In this document: in pieces, positions 10,730 to 21,606 of the stretch
Numbering within the stretch: the first letter of the stretch is position 1
How the letters are laid out: each line of letters starts with the position of its first letter
Origin: Nitrosopumilus sp.
Lineage (GTDB): Archaea; Thermoproteota; Nitrososphaeria; Nitrososphaerales; Nitrosopumilaceae
Reading direction: 5' to 3'
NCBI GenBank assembly: GCA_963667665.2
Contig: OY763927.2
Span: 768,001 to 832,000, forward strand
Length of the DNA stretch: 64,000 nucleotides
The notes under the pieces: model-generated
What the model was told of the DNA's origin: nothing
Databases searched by the model: none
What the model saw: the letters and a program-made list of their open reading frames with translations, nothing else
Program-made: the position numbers and the translations under genes

Positions 10730-11650
10730 GTGTTCAATAGCAAGGTAGTACTAATCGGATTATTCTCATTTTTGATGTTATTTTCATTCATTCCAACTTC
10801 AGAAGCAGAACTGTGGGAATTAGTTGTAGATGTGAATGTGGAGAAAGAAGCCATTCAGTACGGAGAAACACTGGTGATTTCAGGAACAATAGTTGACCAC
10901 GCATACAAACCAATGAGAGGTGTAGAAGTATTCATAAGAGCAGGATCAGATACCACGAAAGCATTTACTAATCCAGAAGGAGAGTTCAGAGGAGAAATCA
11001 GAGATTTTCAACGAATTTCAGGAATATACAAAGTTAATGTGATTGCATCATGGTATGGTATGACAGGATTAACAAGCACAGAATTTCGGGTAAATGGGGA
11101 TGTATCTCAAGTTTCTGCATTACAAGAAAAATTATCCACAGATGAAGCAAGAAAATATCTAAGCTCAAATGAAAGTGATTTTGAGAAAAATCCCATTGGT
11201 CAAACTTTATTCAAATACTATCATGGATTACTTGATGAATTAATCCAAGAACAGAAAGAAAGTAGAGAACTAATAGCAGAACAAATTTACCTAGAACAAC
11301 AACGAAGGATTGCCGAAGATCTAAGAAATCAAGCTATTGAATTCTACAATCCAAGTGCTGGAACATATAGCGGATACCAATATGAACAATACATTAACAG
11401 TCTTAATCCAGAAATTAGAGACCTAGTTGCAAGCCAACTCAACTTTACAAAGAACACATTTGAAGAAGCACAAAAAACCAGAGACGAAATTCTTGCCAAT
11501 GGTGGAACATATGAAGAAGCAAGACAGGTATTTCTTAACATGATTTCAATTCCAAAAGAAATGCTTGAGAAATTCAATCAAGAAAGCATAGAGGAAAAAT
11601 CAGAACAAAGTCAGGACGATAATCAAACTGAAGAAGGTTCAGAGAATTAA
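10730..11650 (+). CDS. Secreted protein with carboxypeptidase-regulatory-like beta domain
   Basis: Signal peptide; SGTIVD...TNPEGEF pattern. Confidence 0.7.
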   Translation: MFNSKVVLIGLFSFLMLFSFIPTSEAELWELVVDVNVEKEAIQYGETLVISGTIVDHAYKPMRGVEVFIRAGSDTTKAFTNPEGEFRGEIRDFQRISGIYKVNVIASWYGMTGLTSTEFRVNGDVSQVSALQEKLSTDEARKYLSSNESDFEKNPIGQTLFKYYHGLLDELIQEQKESRELIAEQIYLEQQRRIAEDLRNQAIEFYNPSAGTYSGYQYEQYINSLNPEIRDLVASQLNFTKNTFEEAQKTRDEILANGGTYEEARQVFLNMISIPKEMLEKFNQESIEEKSEQSQDDNQTEEGSEN

Positions 11651-11707
11651 TGAACGATTGATAAATTCTACGCGCGCCTTATATTCAAAATTCCATAACA
11701 TAATTTG

Positions 11708-11875
11708 ATGAAAATAGATATTCCATTACCTTGCCCATCTTGTGGCGGAAAAATGTGTTCTGTAAGTTACGAGTCAGCATTTGCAATTCTTAAGACAAGA
11801 AGTTGGCAAGTATGTAAAGAATGCAATTTCGAGAGAAATTCTGAAGATTTCAAAAAATCTATCTGCTGTGTATAA
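11708..11875 (+). CDS. Small zinc-ribbon protein, 55 aa
   Basis: CPSCGG...CKECNF motifs. Confidence 0.65.
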   Translation: MKIDIPLPCPSCGGKMCSVSYESAFAILKTRSWQVCKECNFERNSEDFKKSICCV

Positions 11876-11932
11876 CAGCATTTTTTATTTTTCTAAACAA
11901 TTTTTAAGCCATTTCAGGCACAAAAAAGGGAA

Positions 11933-12268
11933 TTGAAGATATATCACAAATCAACATGTATCACATGTAAAAAAGCAATCAGTACGATTAAGAGAATGAA
12001 TGCAGATATTGAAAAAAGAGACTTTTTCAAAGACCCATTTTCAGAAATAGAGTTAAAAAAGATCATCAAAATGACAGGAAAAAAGCCTTCAGAACTTCTT
12101 AGAAAAAGAGATAAAATGTTCAAAGAATTAAACTTGGAAAATAACAAAAAGACAGATTCTCAGATAATCAAATTAATGGTAAAATATCCAGGGTTAATTT
12201 TGAGGCCAATTGTAATTATAAAAAACAAAGCATTTGTTGGAAAGATAGATGTAAAGAGTCTGAAATAA
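11933..12268 (+). CDS. ArsC/Spx family protein
   Basis: YH..TCITCKKA and LILRPI motifs. Confidence 0.85.
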   Translation: MKIYHKSTCITCKKAISTIKRMNADIEKRDFFKDPFSEIELKKIIKMTGKKPSELLRKRDKMFKELNLENNKKTDSQIIKLMVKYPGLILRPIVIIKNKAFVGKIDVKSLK

Positions 12269-12269
12269 T

Positions 12270-12515
12270 CTAAGATTGATTTTCTTGTTTGAAGATTCTA
12301 ATTGCTTCCAAGTGAGAGCAATTTGCCTTTAGCCCCTTACCATGATGAAACTTGTAGAAATTTTTGAACCCAAGACATTCACATGTATTAGAGGTTACAA
12401 AATATGACTGGTCAGGATTAGATGAAGATTTTATCTGAAACAAGTCATCTTCAATTTTAACAACACCACCACTTTCAACAAGTTTTTTTGCCTTTTTGAT
12501 AGTATTTGCACTCAT
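12270..12515 (-). CDS. SWIM-type zinc finger protein
   Basis: CEC..F...CSH motif. Confidence 0.7.
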   Translation of the reverse strand: MSANTIKKAKKLVESGGVVKIEDDLFQIKSSSNPDQSYFVTSNTCECLGFKNFYKFHHGKGLKANCSHLEAIRIFKQENQS

Positions 12516-12797
12516 AGTTAGACAAAGATCTTATCATTTTTTATTCTTTAATTTTTATGAATTACCTATTATTCATCATACAAAAATTAGTTCAAAACAG
12601 ATTAGAATATTCTAGTTTCAAATGAAGATATTTTCATAATTTCATAAAATACTTAAATGATATTATGCAGTACATTATTTAGACGAGAGGTTTGCTTTTC
12701 TGCCTAGAAGAGTGCCTAGAGTTCGTACGCTCCCGTCTTTTTTTCTACAAAGTCAAATCTAAGTCATGTGCTAATTGTTATAAACTAATTTCATTAC

Positions 12798-13862
12798 TTG
12801 AGATTGTTGGGTCTGAAGAGATACGTAGCCACAAGAATGGTAACAATGTTTGGAGTTTTGATGATTACACTGCTGATTACAATCGCTCTTGTAGGTTCTA
12901 ACATGGATATAATACTGAAACAAGGAATTGTCTTCCAGGTAAGATCAGAGATAACGGAGGATCCAACTATAGCCCAAAGCTTTTCATCAGTTAAAGAGTT
13001 TGAAGCTTTTGTTCAAAGTCAGATAGATCAAAGAATTCAGATTTTGGGGTTAGATGAACCATGGTATTCTCCTCAAAGAATTGGCGTCACAATGTATAAA
13101 ATACTGCTTCTAGATTTTGGAAATGCAACATTTCTTATTAGTGATTCTGGTTCATCGGATGTCAAAGACATAATCTTAGAGAAACTTCCAAGAACAATTC
13201 TGCTTTTTACAACAGCCACAATAATTATCTCAATTATAGGAATATTTCTTGGCGCATTATCTAGCAGCAAGGTGGGCTCCATTGTGGATAGAGTAACATC
13301 AAGTTTTGCAATAATTAGTTCTAGTTTTCCTGTATGGTGGATTGGAATGTTAATGATATTCCTTTTTGCATTTACGTACCAGATATTTCCTGCAAGGGCA
13401 ACTCCAGATATTCCAGCATCAGATCCAGGATACATCGGTGCATTGTTGTATCACATGACACTACCATTAATTACAATTGTAATGATTGGTTTTGGTTCAT
13501 GGGCATACTTGGTAAGAAATTTCATGGTAGGAATTATGCAAGAAGATTTCATCATGGCAAAAAAAACAATTGGTATCAAGCAAAAAAAAATTATCTACAC
13601 TCATGCTCTAAAAAATGCAGCCCCGCCAATTGTAACAATTTTGGCACTTAGTTTATCAGGCTCACTTGGTGGTGCAATTATCACAGAAGCAGTCTTTGAT
13701 TGGCCAGGTATGGGAAGACTATACTTTGAGGCAATTACAGTAATGGACCTACCAATCATTATTGGCTCCACATACATTCTCACAGTATTTTTCCTTGTAA
13801 GCATATTCATTGCAGACTTACTTTACGGCTATTTTGATCCAAGAGTGAGGACAGGCCAATGA
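12798..13862 (+). CDS. Peptide/nickel ABC transporter permease (DppB/OppB)
   Basis: EAA-like loop; TEAVFDWPGMG and DPR motifs. Confidence 0.92.
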   Translation: MRLLGLKRYVATRMVTMFGVLMITLLITIALVGSNMDIILKQGIVFQVRSEITEDPTIAQSFSSVKEFEAFVQSQIDQRIQILGLDEPWYSPQRIGVTMYKILLLDFGNATFLISDSGSSDVKDIILEKLPRTILLFTTATIIISIIGIFLGALSSSKVGSIVDRVTSSFAIISSSFPVWWIGMLMIFLFAFTYQIFPARATPDIPASDPGYIGALLYHMTLPLITIVMIGFGSWAYLVRNFMVGIMQEDFIMAKKTIGIKQKKIIYTHALKNAAPPIVTILALSLSGSLGGAIITEAVFDWPGMGRLYFEAITVMDLPIIIGSTYILTVFFLVSIFIADLLYGYFDPRVRTGQ

Positions 13863-15226
13863 ATAGTATAAGTCCTCAGGAAATAAAACGAGAATTTCTA
13901 AAAAGTAAGATGGGGATTGCAGGAATTACGATTCTGTCAATACTCATTGTAACATCAATTATTGCCATTATTGCAATTCCACTTGAGACATTTCAAGAAT
14001 GGAACAATCCTGGTCATTGGATTTCATATCCAAAGGTTGCAATTCCAATTTGGGTGAACCTCTTTATGACAGAGAAAATTCCAGAGCATAAAATCTTAGA
14101 AACCCCAAATATTCAAATGAATTCTCAAGGAAATATTTTACTCACATCACACCAGTTTGGGTTGAATTATAATTATGATGAATTTCCAAATGATTTTATC
14201 TATGAATTTTCATCAGAATATTCTGGCTCTCCCTTATTACAAATGACAGTGATTAGGCCTGACGGTATTAAACTAGAATTGATAACAACATCTCTACCAT
14301 TCTCAAATTCAAAAACAATTCATAGTGAAAGAATTTTTTCAACAGATAATGCAATAAAGAAAAACTTGTCATTACAATCAGAACAATTTGCATTTACACT
14401 AGATAAGTTATCAGCTGAAGACATTGTTTTTTCAAAAACTCAAATAAATGAATCTCTAAAAGGAAACTATATTTTTTCAATTGACGTGTATTCAGTAAAT
14501 TCAGATGTACTTATTCCTGAATCAAAACTAATCATTGGAGGTAAAGCTTTTGGAATAATGGGAACTGATGAATTAAGACGTGATTTAGCGATAGGATTGT
14601 TGTGGGGTACGCCACTTGCATTGTTTATTGGCATTGTTGTTGCAATTGCATCAGTCGTTATGGGATTACTCTACGGAGTATATGCAGGATTCAAGGGCAA
14701 AAAAACAGATGAGACAATGATGAGATTTAATGATGTAATCTATGCATTGCCAGTACTTCCATTTCTCATCATACTTTCAGTGACAATTAGTAATAGCATA
14801 TTTGTGATGGTTGGATTTTTGATGATGTTTGGGTGGGTAGGAATTGCAAAAGTATCAAGAAGTATGTCACTTCAAATCAAGACTCGAGGCTATGTTGAAG
14901 CTGCAAACATGATGGGGCAAAAAGACTCCAAAATAATTCTCAAGCACATCGTACCACAATTACTGCCTTATGCATTTGCAAGTATTGCAATATCAGTTCC
15001 TGCTGCAATCACTACAGAAGCTGGTCTTAGTTTTTTGGGATTAGGTGATCCATCGTTTCCAACATGGGGGCAAATACTACATGATGCAAATACATTTGGT
15101 GCAGCAGCAAGAGGATTATGGTGGTGGATAATGCCCCCAGGAGTAATGATTGCCATTACTGGTCTTGCATTTGTCTTTATTGGTAATGCACTTGATGTAA
15201 TAGTGAATCCAAAGTTAAAACGATAA
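13859..15226 (+). CDS. Peptide/nickel ABC transporter permease (DppC/OppC)
   Basis: GTDELRRD, EAA and LSFLGLG motifs. Confidence 0.92.
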   Translation: MNSISPQEIKREFLKSKMGIAGITILSILIVTSIIAIIAIPLETFQEWNNPGHWISYPKVAIPIWVNLFMTEKIPEHKILETPNIQMNSQGNILLTSHQFGLNYNYDEFPNDFIYEFSSEYSGSPLLQMTVIRPDGIKLELITTSLPFSNSKTIHSERIFSTDNAIKKNLSLQSEQFAFTLDKLSAEDIVFSKTQINESLKGNYIFSIDVYSVNSDVLIPESKLIIGGKAFGIMGTDELRRDLAIGLLWGTPLALFIGIVVAIASVVMGLLYGVYAGFKGKKTDETMMRFNDVIYALPVLPFLIILSVTISNSIFVMVGFLMMFGWVGIAKVSRSMSLQIKTRGYVEAANMMGQKDSKIILKHIVPQLLPYAFASIAISVPAAITTEAGLSFLGLGDPSFPTWGQILHDANTFGAAARGLWWWIMPPGVMIAITGLAFVFIGNALDVIVNPKLKR

Positions 15227-15231
15227 TAAAA

Positions 15232-15548
15232 TTAGAGGTCAAATTTTCGAATTAATTCAATAGCACCATCATTCAATTTTATTGAATAGCAGAATGAATT
15301 TTCATCATTGAATGCTGCCAACTTGTTAGCAAATACTTTTTTGCTGTGACCGCCATATGATGCTGTGTCTGATTCATCAAAGCAAATAGTCATTTGTTTC
15401 ATTTTAAGATTATTTTTTAGAAGAAAAGCAATGAACTTTTTGTAATTTTCAGTAACAAACCAGTCTATATTTTTTTCTTGACTTGCTCCAATCCATATCT
15501 CAATAGAGTTTTGGTATAGAACCTTTTTTCTTAATTCTTCTAATGCCA
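15232..15548 (-). CDS. Hypothetical protein
   Basis: ORF; start probably at MALEEL. Confidence 0.6.
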
Positions 15549-15562
15549 TCTTTCTTTCACAA

Positions 15563-15886
15563 TTAAAAATCAGCACGTTGCATCTTTGATCCACATCGTG
15601 GACAAGTACCGCCTTTGTGTTTGTTGTTACAAACTAGACAAACATATTTTACTTTACCAGAACCGTCTTGTGAACCCATTCCAAAGAACCCACCACCTCT
15701 TGTTTCAGAATCACCGCCATAACCACGCATACGATTCATGTATCGTCTTCTTAGAAATAATGGAAATGCAATAAAAATTCCTAGTGCAGCTGCTAAACCA
15801 TATGGAAATGGAAGAACCATTTGTAATCCAATACTAATAACTAGTGAAGCAGCTAAGAAAACCAAATAAGACTTGTAATTAAACAA
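15563..15886 (-). CDS. Two-TM protein with C-terminal zinc ribbon
   Basis: CLVC...CPRCG motifs. Confidence 0.7.
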   Translation of the reverse strand: MFNYKSYLVFLAASLVISIGLQMVLPFPYGLAAALGIFIAFPLFLRRRYMNRMRGYGGDSETRGGGFFGMGSQDGSGKVKYVCLVCNNKHKGGTCPRCGSKMQRADF

Positions 15887-15955
15887 TTCATTAAAAGTAT
15901 CTTAAAAAAGGTTATAAAGCTTTGTCAGTATTTTTTGGATTTTTCATGAAGCATT

Positions 15956-16363
15956 TTACAAATTTTGTATAATTGAAAGAGGAATAGAATTTCCACTACT
16001 ATCCCATGCAAAAATTGAATCATCATCATATGGAGATTTTACAATTAGAGACACTAATCCAAAGAAATTATGCAAGTCAGTTACAGAAGGTTCTGCTGAA
16101 CCACTTGGGTGAGAATGAACAATTCCCAGATAGCTCATATCAAATGGTAAAAAAGAATGAGGAAATCCTGCAAATGTTGGACCAGTCTCACTAAAAGGAG
16201 GAATTACAAGTCCATCTATTTTTATTTCTCCATTTTTGGATTTACCTTTTAATATCAAGATTCCTTCGTTTGGATGTTTCATTTTACAATAAGATAAGAT
16301 ACTATCAAGTACATCTTTTTGTAGTGAGACTTTACGCTCAAATTTTTTCTTCTTGAAAATCAT
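15956..16363 (-). CDS. JAMM/MPN+ metalloprotease
   Basis: E...HSHP.G...PS..D motif. Confidence 0.9.
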   Translation of the reverse strand: MIFKKKKFERKVSLQKDVLDSILSYCKMKHPNEGILILKGKSKNGEIKIDGLVIPPFSETGPTFAGFPHSFLPFDMSYLGIVHSHPSGSAEPSVTDLHNFFGLVSLIVKSPYDDDSIFAWDSSGNSIPLSIIQNL

Positions 16364-16394
16364 AGAAAGTCTTCAGTTTTCAACTAATTTAATT

Positions 16395-17675
16395 TTAAGG
16401 AGACATCACAGAATATTTTGTATTTGAGAATTGTCTTAGTTTATCTTCAATTTCAGATACAAGTTTTGGGATTTTGGAATCAATCTCATCTATTTCGCCA
16501 TGAAAAGTTTCTGATTTGAGTTTTGAGTCTTCCTTAAATGAGAGGTTTTTGGCTAATTCACGTTCCAAAGATACAAGTTCGCTAGGACTAAGTGAATCTA
16601 GATCATGTTTCATTTTTTTATATTCTTCTAAATATTCAGAAATCTGTTTTACAAATCCATCAATTGCTTCCTCAGTTTCTGTAATCAAAGATAACGATTT
16701 ATCAACATCTTTTACAGAAATAGAGCCAGAAGAAATTCCTTTTTTTACATTTTCTAAAATTAAAATAACAGAATCTTTAGTTTCAGGAAGAAGTACATTA
16801 AACGGATCCTTAACTAATTCTGCTAAGATATTTTTTTGGTCTTTGTCTAAAGAAGAGCCATATTCATATCTACTAAGAGGGCGAGAGATTTTTGTAAATT
16901 GTGTATCAATGCCATTTTTTATCTTTGATTTTTTAACACTAAACATATCTAAAGTATTTTTCAAATCAACATATTTTTTGTAATTATCAGAAGACTTTAT
17001 CTCTTCAATTGAATTCTGTAATGTTAAAATTTTTTCATCTAGTGATTGTTCAATCTGATTTGTATTTCCAATCTTTTGACTTTTTTCTAATTGGGTCTCC
17101 TTTAGAGTTTTAATTTGATTTACTGCATCAGTTATTTCATCAGAAGCAGATTTTATAGAATCATAGTTTTTGAGTAGTCTATGAATCTCATCTTGATTTT
17201 TGTTCATAACTTCAAGATTTACTTTTAATTGAGTTGCATATTTTTTTGCAAAAATATGAATTACTCTGGTTTGTCTTCCTAAAACATCACCTATTTTTTT
17301 GAGAATTTGATTTAGTGTAGAGTTTAGTTTTTTTGCATCATCAAACGATAAGATTTCTGGGAGATGTGTAACATCTTTTTTAATAACATCAATTACCTGT
17401 TTTTTACCTCTAACCACAATAGTTGCAAGATGTTTGTCAATATCATCAACATTGAGATTATCTTTTTCAAGAACATTTCCTATTTTCATCAGATCATCTA
17501 TCAGGGGTGCTGTATTGTTTCTCAGGTGTTTTATCTCAGTGAGAAGCTGAGATTGTCGTAATTGAATAAGATCAGTCACAATTTTTTGGACATCAGTAAG
17601 TTGTATCTCTTTGTTTTCAGGAGTTTCTACGATTGATTTTTCTTCTTGTTTCTTTTTCCCCCAGCCAAATACCAT
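16395..17675 (-). CDS. Coiled-coil protein
   Basis: Heptad-rich, no catalytic motif seen. Confidence 0.7.
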   Translation of the reverse strand: MVFGWGKKKQEEKSIVETPENKEIQLTDVQKIVTDLIQLRQSQLLTEIKHLRNNTAPLIDDLMKIGNVLEKDNLNVDDIDKHLATIVVRGKKQVIDVIKKDVTHLPEILSFDDAKKLNSTLNQILKKIGDVLGRQTRVIHIFAKKYATQLKVNLEVMNKNQDEIHRLLKNYDSIKSASDEITDAVNQIKTLKETQLEKSQKIGNTNQIEQSLDEKILTLQNSIEEIKSSDNYKKYVDLKNTLDMFSVKKSKIKNGIDTQFTKISRPLSRYEYGSSLDKDQKNILAELVKDPFNVLLPETKDSVILILENVKKGISSGSISVKDVDKSLSLITETEEAIDGFVKQISEYLEEYKKMKHDLDSLSPSELVSLERELAKNLSFKEDSKLKSETFHGEIDEIDSKIPKLVSEIEDKLRQFSNTKYSVMSP

Positions 17676-17752
17676 TTTCTTTTATTATTTTATGGGGATT
17701 AAAAATGGTTGTACAACTAAAATTTAAAATTCATTAGTTTTCAGGTATTCAT

Positions 17753-18214
17753 ATGACAAAAACTGTAAAAAAATCATCACATACAGGCTCTGTGAAAAAA
17801 ATAATTGTGATTAAAGCATCAAAAGATAAAGTTTGGAGAAAGATTAGCAATATTTCAGGATTGCCAACTTGGGTAGTTGATGTAAAAAAGACAGTTTATC
17901 TTTCTAAAAAGAAAAAGGGCATCGGGGCAATCAGGTTAATTACGTTTGCAGATGGAAGTAAAATAGAAGAACATGTTGTAGCATGGAAAGATAAAGAGTA
18001 TTTTACATATATTGCAACTGAAGGCTTGCCATTAAGGGCATATGTTGCAACAATTTCAATTAAAGTGAAATCAAAAAATCTGATTCAATTAACATGGCAA
18101 TCTTATCTCAACAGTAAAAAGATGTCTGAAAAACAATTCTTGGAGTTTCTTGCATTTATGGGTTCATTTTATGAAGCATCACTTGAAAATCTCAAAGCAT
18201 CACTTGGAAAATAA
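17753..18214 (+). CDS. SRPBCC/polyketide cyclase family protein
   Basis: DKVW..I...LP.W and GAIR...F pattern. Confidence 0.8.
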   Translation: MTKTVKKSSHTGSVKKIIVIKASKDKVWRKISNISGLPTWVVDVKKTVYLSKKKKGIGAIRLITFADGSKIEEHVVAWKDKEYFTYIATEGLPLRAYVATISIKVKSKNLIQLTWQSYLNSKKMSEKQFLEFLAFMGSFYEASLENLKASLGK

Positions 18215-18267
18215 TACTAAAAGATTTTCAAGCTAAAATGTAAATATGATAAATCGAGGAAAAAAAC

Positions 18268-18603
18268 ATGAGCGATATGCGATTTATTATGATTGGTGTT
18301 GTTTTAGTCTTTGGAGGATTTATTATTCTTGGGGTATTTGGACATAATTATCAAGCAGCTACACTAGAATCAAATGAGTTTGGAACATGTTACAAGTATT
18401 CTACAGATAATGCACCAGTTGAAATTGACTGTTCGTTTAAGATAATTGATCAGACACTATTCTTTACATTGATTATTGGATTTTTGGGGGCTGGAATCAC
18501 TGCTTTAGTTAAAGGAGTAAAAGGGAATTGGGACAACAAGGTAAAACCAGAAGATATGGTAGGTCCAGATAGAAAAGACAACGAAGATTCTGATAATGGT
18601 TAA
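18268..18603 (+). CDS. Two-TM membrane protein
   Basis: Two hydrophobic helices. Confidence 0.65.
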   Translation: MSDMRFIMIGVVLVFGGFIILGVFGHNYQAATLESNEFGTCYKYSTDNAPVEIDCSFKIIDQTLFFTLIIGFLGAGITALVKGVKGNWDNKVKPEDMVGPDRKDNEDSDNG

Positions 18604-18784
18604 AGAAACGAGATTAAGAGGATCTTTTAGATTTTAGTTTTTCATAATCTTCAGGATTGTCTTCTTCCAATCTTTGAAAATATACTTCATCATATGGCAT
18701 TTTTATCAACATCTTATTGTAAAATTTGCAAAGCTAATGTTTTCAGTAAAATGATTTTAGAAAAGATAATGTTTTGTGCCTAAA

Positions 18785-19708
18785 TTATCTTCTCTTCAGA
18801 TGACTAGACATTATCTTATCTGCCATATCTATAACTTCAATTCCTTTTTTTGCAGCCAAACTACGTAATTTTCTTGCATTGCTCTTATTCAATAAAATAG
18901 TAACTTTTTGTTGGAGCAATCCGCTTTTTGCTTTTTTGAGTAGTTTAAGATGAGACGACTTTGGACCACGAGACAATACACGAAGATATTCTTTTCTGAG
19001 TTTCTGGTCCAAAGAAATTATTTTCTCTGCAACTTTGATTGCTTTTGATAAATTTGGCAATATCTGATAAAGTCTGGTTGCATCATCACGAGACAATTCC
19101 TTTGGAACATACTGTCGTAGTTTCTCTGGAACTGCTGCAAATCCAAGGTATTTCTTCAGGGTTACAGATGATATTCCCAGGGAACGAGCAGCCTTTGCCT
19201 TTCCAACTGATTCTGCCAAAAACACGCAGGCTGCTGTCATGTCTTTTGTGTTCATTTTGTTGCGATGCAGGTTCTCAACTACAGATGCTGCCTTTGCATC
19301 ATGAACATCATATTTTGTACTCTGAGTAAGTAATAGTACGGGAATCTTTTTTGCACCCAATCTTTTCAGTGCCACTAATCTTCTCTGGCCAGACATGAGA
19401 AGATATTCGTTTTTTCCACTTTTTTGGACCATTGGAGGATTCTGCAATCCTTCATTTTTGATGGATTTTGCCAATTCTGCGATTCCATCTCTGTCTAGTT
19501 TTCTTGCCTGCACATCCTTCCATACCTTGATGTATTTTATTGGAATTTCTCTTAGTCTGTATGCTATTGGGGAATTGTACTTTCTTTTTGTCGTAATGGA
19601 ATAAAGTAATCGATTTTTGTTAAAATGTTTAGTGGTAAATATTTGACAATAAAGTTTGCAATGCCTGATGGTTTTGATCGCAAGATATGACATGATGAAA
19701 ATATTCAT
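18785..19708 (-). CDS. ParB/RepB/Spo0J family protein (true start probably nearer 19600)
   Basis: LA.SI..EGLQNP, SGQRRL and ENLHR motifs plus HTH. Confidence 0.88.
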   Translation of the reverse strand: MNIFIMSYLAIKTIRHCKLYCQIFTTKHFNKNRLLYSITTKRKYNSPIAYRLREIPIKYIKVWKDVQARKLDRDGIAELAKSIKNEGLQNPPMVQKSGKNEYLLMSGQRRLVALKRLGAKKIPVLLLTQSTKYDVHDAKAASVVENLHRNKMNTKDMTAACVFLAESVGKAKAARSLGISSVTLKKYLGFAAVPEKLRQYVPKELSRDDATRLYQILPNLSKAIKVAEKIISLDQKLRKEYLRVLSRGPKSSHLKLLKKAKSGLLQQKVTILLNKSNARKLRSLAAKKGIEVIDMADKIMSSHLKRR

Positions 19709-19769
19709 CCAAAGATGATTTTATCTTAACTTGTGGTGTTTTTAGTCAGATAAACATTTGCAACAAACG

Positions 19770-20024
19770 ATGGCTGGCAAGAAAAAAACCAAAAGAAGAA
19801 AGGCTCCAAAGAGAAAATCAACTTCTAAGAGACGAAAACCAGTAGGAAAAGCCTGTCGCAATGCCAACATGACAGTAACCCGAAGAAAACATGACCACAA
19901 AAAGGCACTAGCTAAAATCAAATCACTCAAAAAGTCTCTCTGTCTTGCTGAAAAATCAGCTACAAAGAAGAGAGACGAAGTCCTAAAGGCACAAAAAAGA
20001 GCCAAAGATATTTGCAGTGGATAA
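19770..20024 (+). CDS. Very basic Lys/Arg-rich small protein
   Basis: MAGKKKTKRRKAPKRKSTSKRRK...; followed by a T-rich terminator-like tract. Confidence 0.65.
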   Translation: MAGKKKTKRRKAPKRKSTSKRRKPVGKACRNANMTVTRRKHDHKKALAKIKSLKKSLCLAEKSATKKRDEVLKAQKRAKDICSG

Positions 20025-20190
20025 TTTTACTGCTTTTTTTATTTTTTTATCTATATTTCAAAAGTGAGTTCAGGTTTGTTTTAATTTAAGAATTTCTTTG
20101 GAAAATACCAGAGCATACTCTCCAGGTCTCACTATGCCTTCCATTATATCATTATTTGATACATACAAAGTCATTCCAAGATCACGTGAA

Positions 20191-20703
20191 TTATTCACCA
20201 GAGGGCCTGTTTGTTTCATTCAAATTAAGTTTTGTTACGCCATCCAATGGATGTTCATCATAAAATTTATTCCATTTTTTATAATGAGACTTGTCTTTGT
20301 CAATTGCATTTGCATCATACATTTTTAATAAAAGTTCATTTGTTGAATTGTTGTTTAAAATTGTATCTAATTTGTCTTCATCACAAACAAAGGTATCTTG
20401 GAGATTATCTGTAAGAATTTTGGCACATTTTTTCTTGAACTGACTCTTAAAATTAAGTAGTTTTTTGGCATTAGGATAATTCAACATAAGTAATGTTTCA
20501 AGTTCTTCAAAGTAAATAGAAAATATGTTTTTATCAAATATGATCAACTCTTCTTTTCGTTTTTTTAATTTATCATTTTGAAATTCACCCACTATGTTTT
20601 GTTCATTTTCAGGAACAAGATATTTATCTATTTTAGCAAAAACAAATATTCGTTTTTCAAGAGTTTTAAATTGGAAACAATAGACATTGCTGGTTTTTTT
20701 CAT
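20191..20703 (-). CDS. Hypothetical protein
   Basis: 170-aa ORF. Confidence 0.55.
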   Translation of the reverse strand: MKKTSNVYCFQFKTLEKRIFVFAKIDKYLVPENEQNIVGEFQNDKLKKRKEELIIFDKNIFSIYFEELETLLMLNYPNAKKLLNFKSQFKKKCAKILTDNLQDTFVCDEDKLDTILNNNSTNELLLKMYDANAIDKDKSHYKKWNKFYDEHPLDGVTKLNLNETNRPSGE

Positions 20704-20910
20704 TTCTTTTATACTGGTAAGTGGTGACAGATCTTCCTGTGTTTCAGATTAATAAGATGGTTTCAACATCATATTGAATTCTTTTTTGTACATTTTTGTT
20801 ACTTTATCTGATGTGAATTTACCGCCAGTTGAGAATCCTCCTAGTTTGGAACAGTGTACTGGAAATGGTTCTGTAAACTCCGGGGTTGCTTTTTTATTTT
20901 TATTCCATTT

Positions 20911-21135
20911 TTAATGATATTTTGATTCCCAGCATTTTTTATGATATCTCTTTCTGCCATTCCTTGTGCTTGTAGTAGTATGAATTGTATCATTAAGGAC
21001 AAATGGCTTTCCGCATTTTACACATTTAGAATTTCTGAATTTTTTTAGTTGTGAATGATTTCTTATTACTGTGTCATTGGTTGCCATCAGTCTACTATGC
21101 CATGATTCAGCAGTATAACTTTGATGTTTAATCAA
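20911..21135 (-). CDS. Small zinc-finger protein
   Basis: CVKCGK...YHKKCW (C2-HC) motif. Confidence 0.6.
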   Translation of the reverse strand: MIKHQSYTAESWHSRLMATNDTVIRNHSQLKKFRNSKCVKCGKPFVLNDTIHTTTSTRNGRKRYHKKCWESKYH

Positions 21136-21342
21136 AAATGATTAAAGTAAAAGACCATCAAAATGAAAACCAAACTTGAGGGGATGGTTAATTGGATACT
21201 GTGTGGCGGTCTTTTACTATACCATGAGTTATGTATGGATCAGATTTATGGTTGGCGATCAGCAATTCAATTCAATTTATGTCATCAATAAATTAAAAAA
21301 TCAAGTTTAAAAGAAAAAAATTCAACAAATAACAGATTTCAA

Positions 21343-21606
21343 ATGAGTAAAAACCAAACAATTTTTGCAGTCAAAATAAATGACATGTCAGCAGAACTGG
21401 AAATAGACAATTCCAAAATCAAATGCATCACTGGAAACACAGTTCATTTTGAAGCATTATTGAGTGATTTGAGGTCGTTTGTACATGTCAAATCAAACCA
21501 AATTTTGTTGAATTTTTACCAAAAAAACCAGCTAGTTCAATGTACCATTACATCAAAGCACTGTCTAAGTATAACCAAATCCATTGAAGAATTCACTCAA
21601 AACTAA
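21343..21606 (+). CDS. Hypothetical protein
   Basis: ORF only. Confidence 0.45.
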   Translation: MSKNQTIFAVKINDMSAELEIDNSKIKCITGNTVHFEALLSDLRSFVHVKSNQILLNFYQKNQLVQCTITSKHCLSITKSIEEFTQN

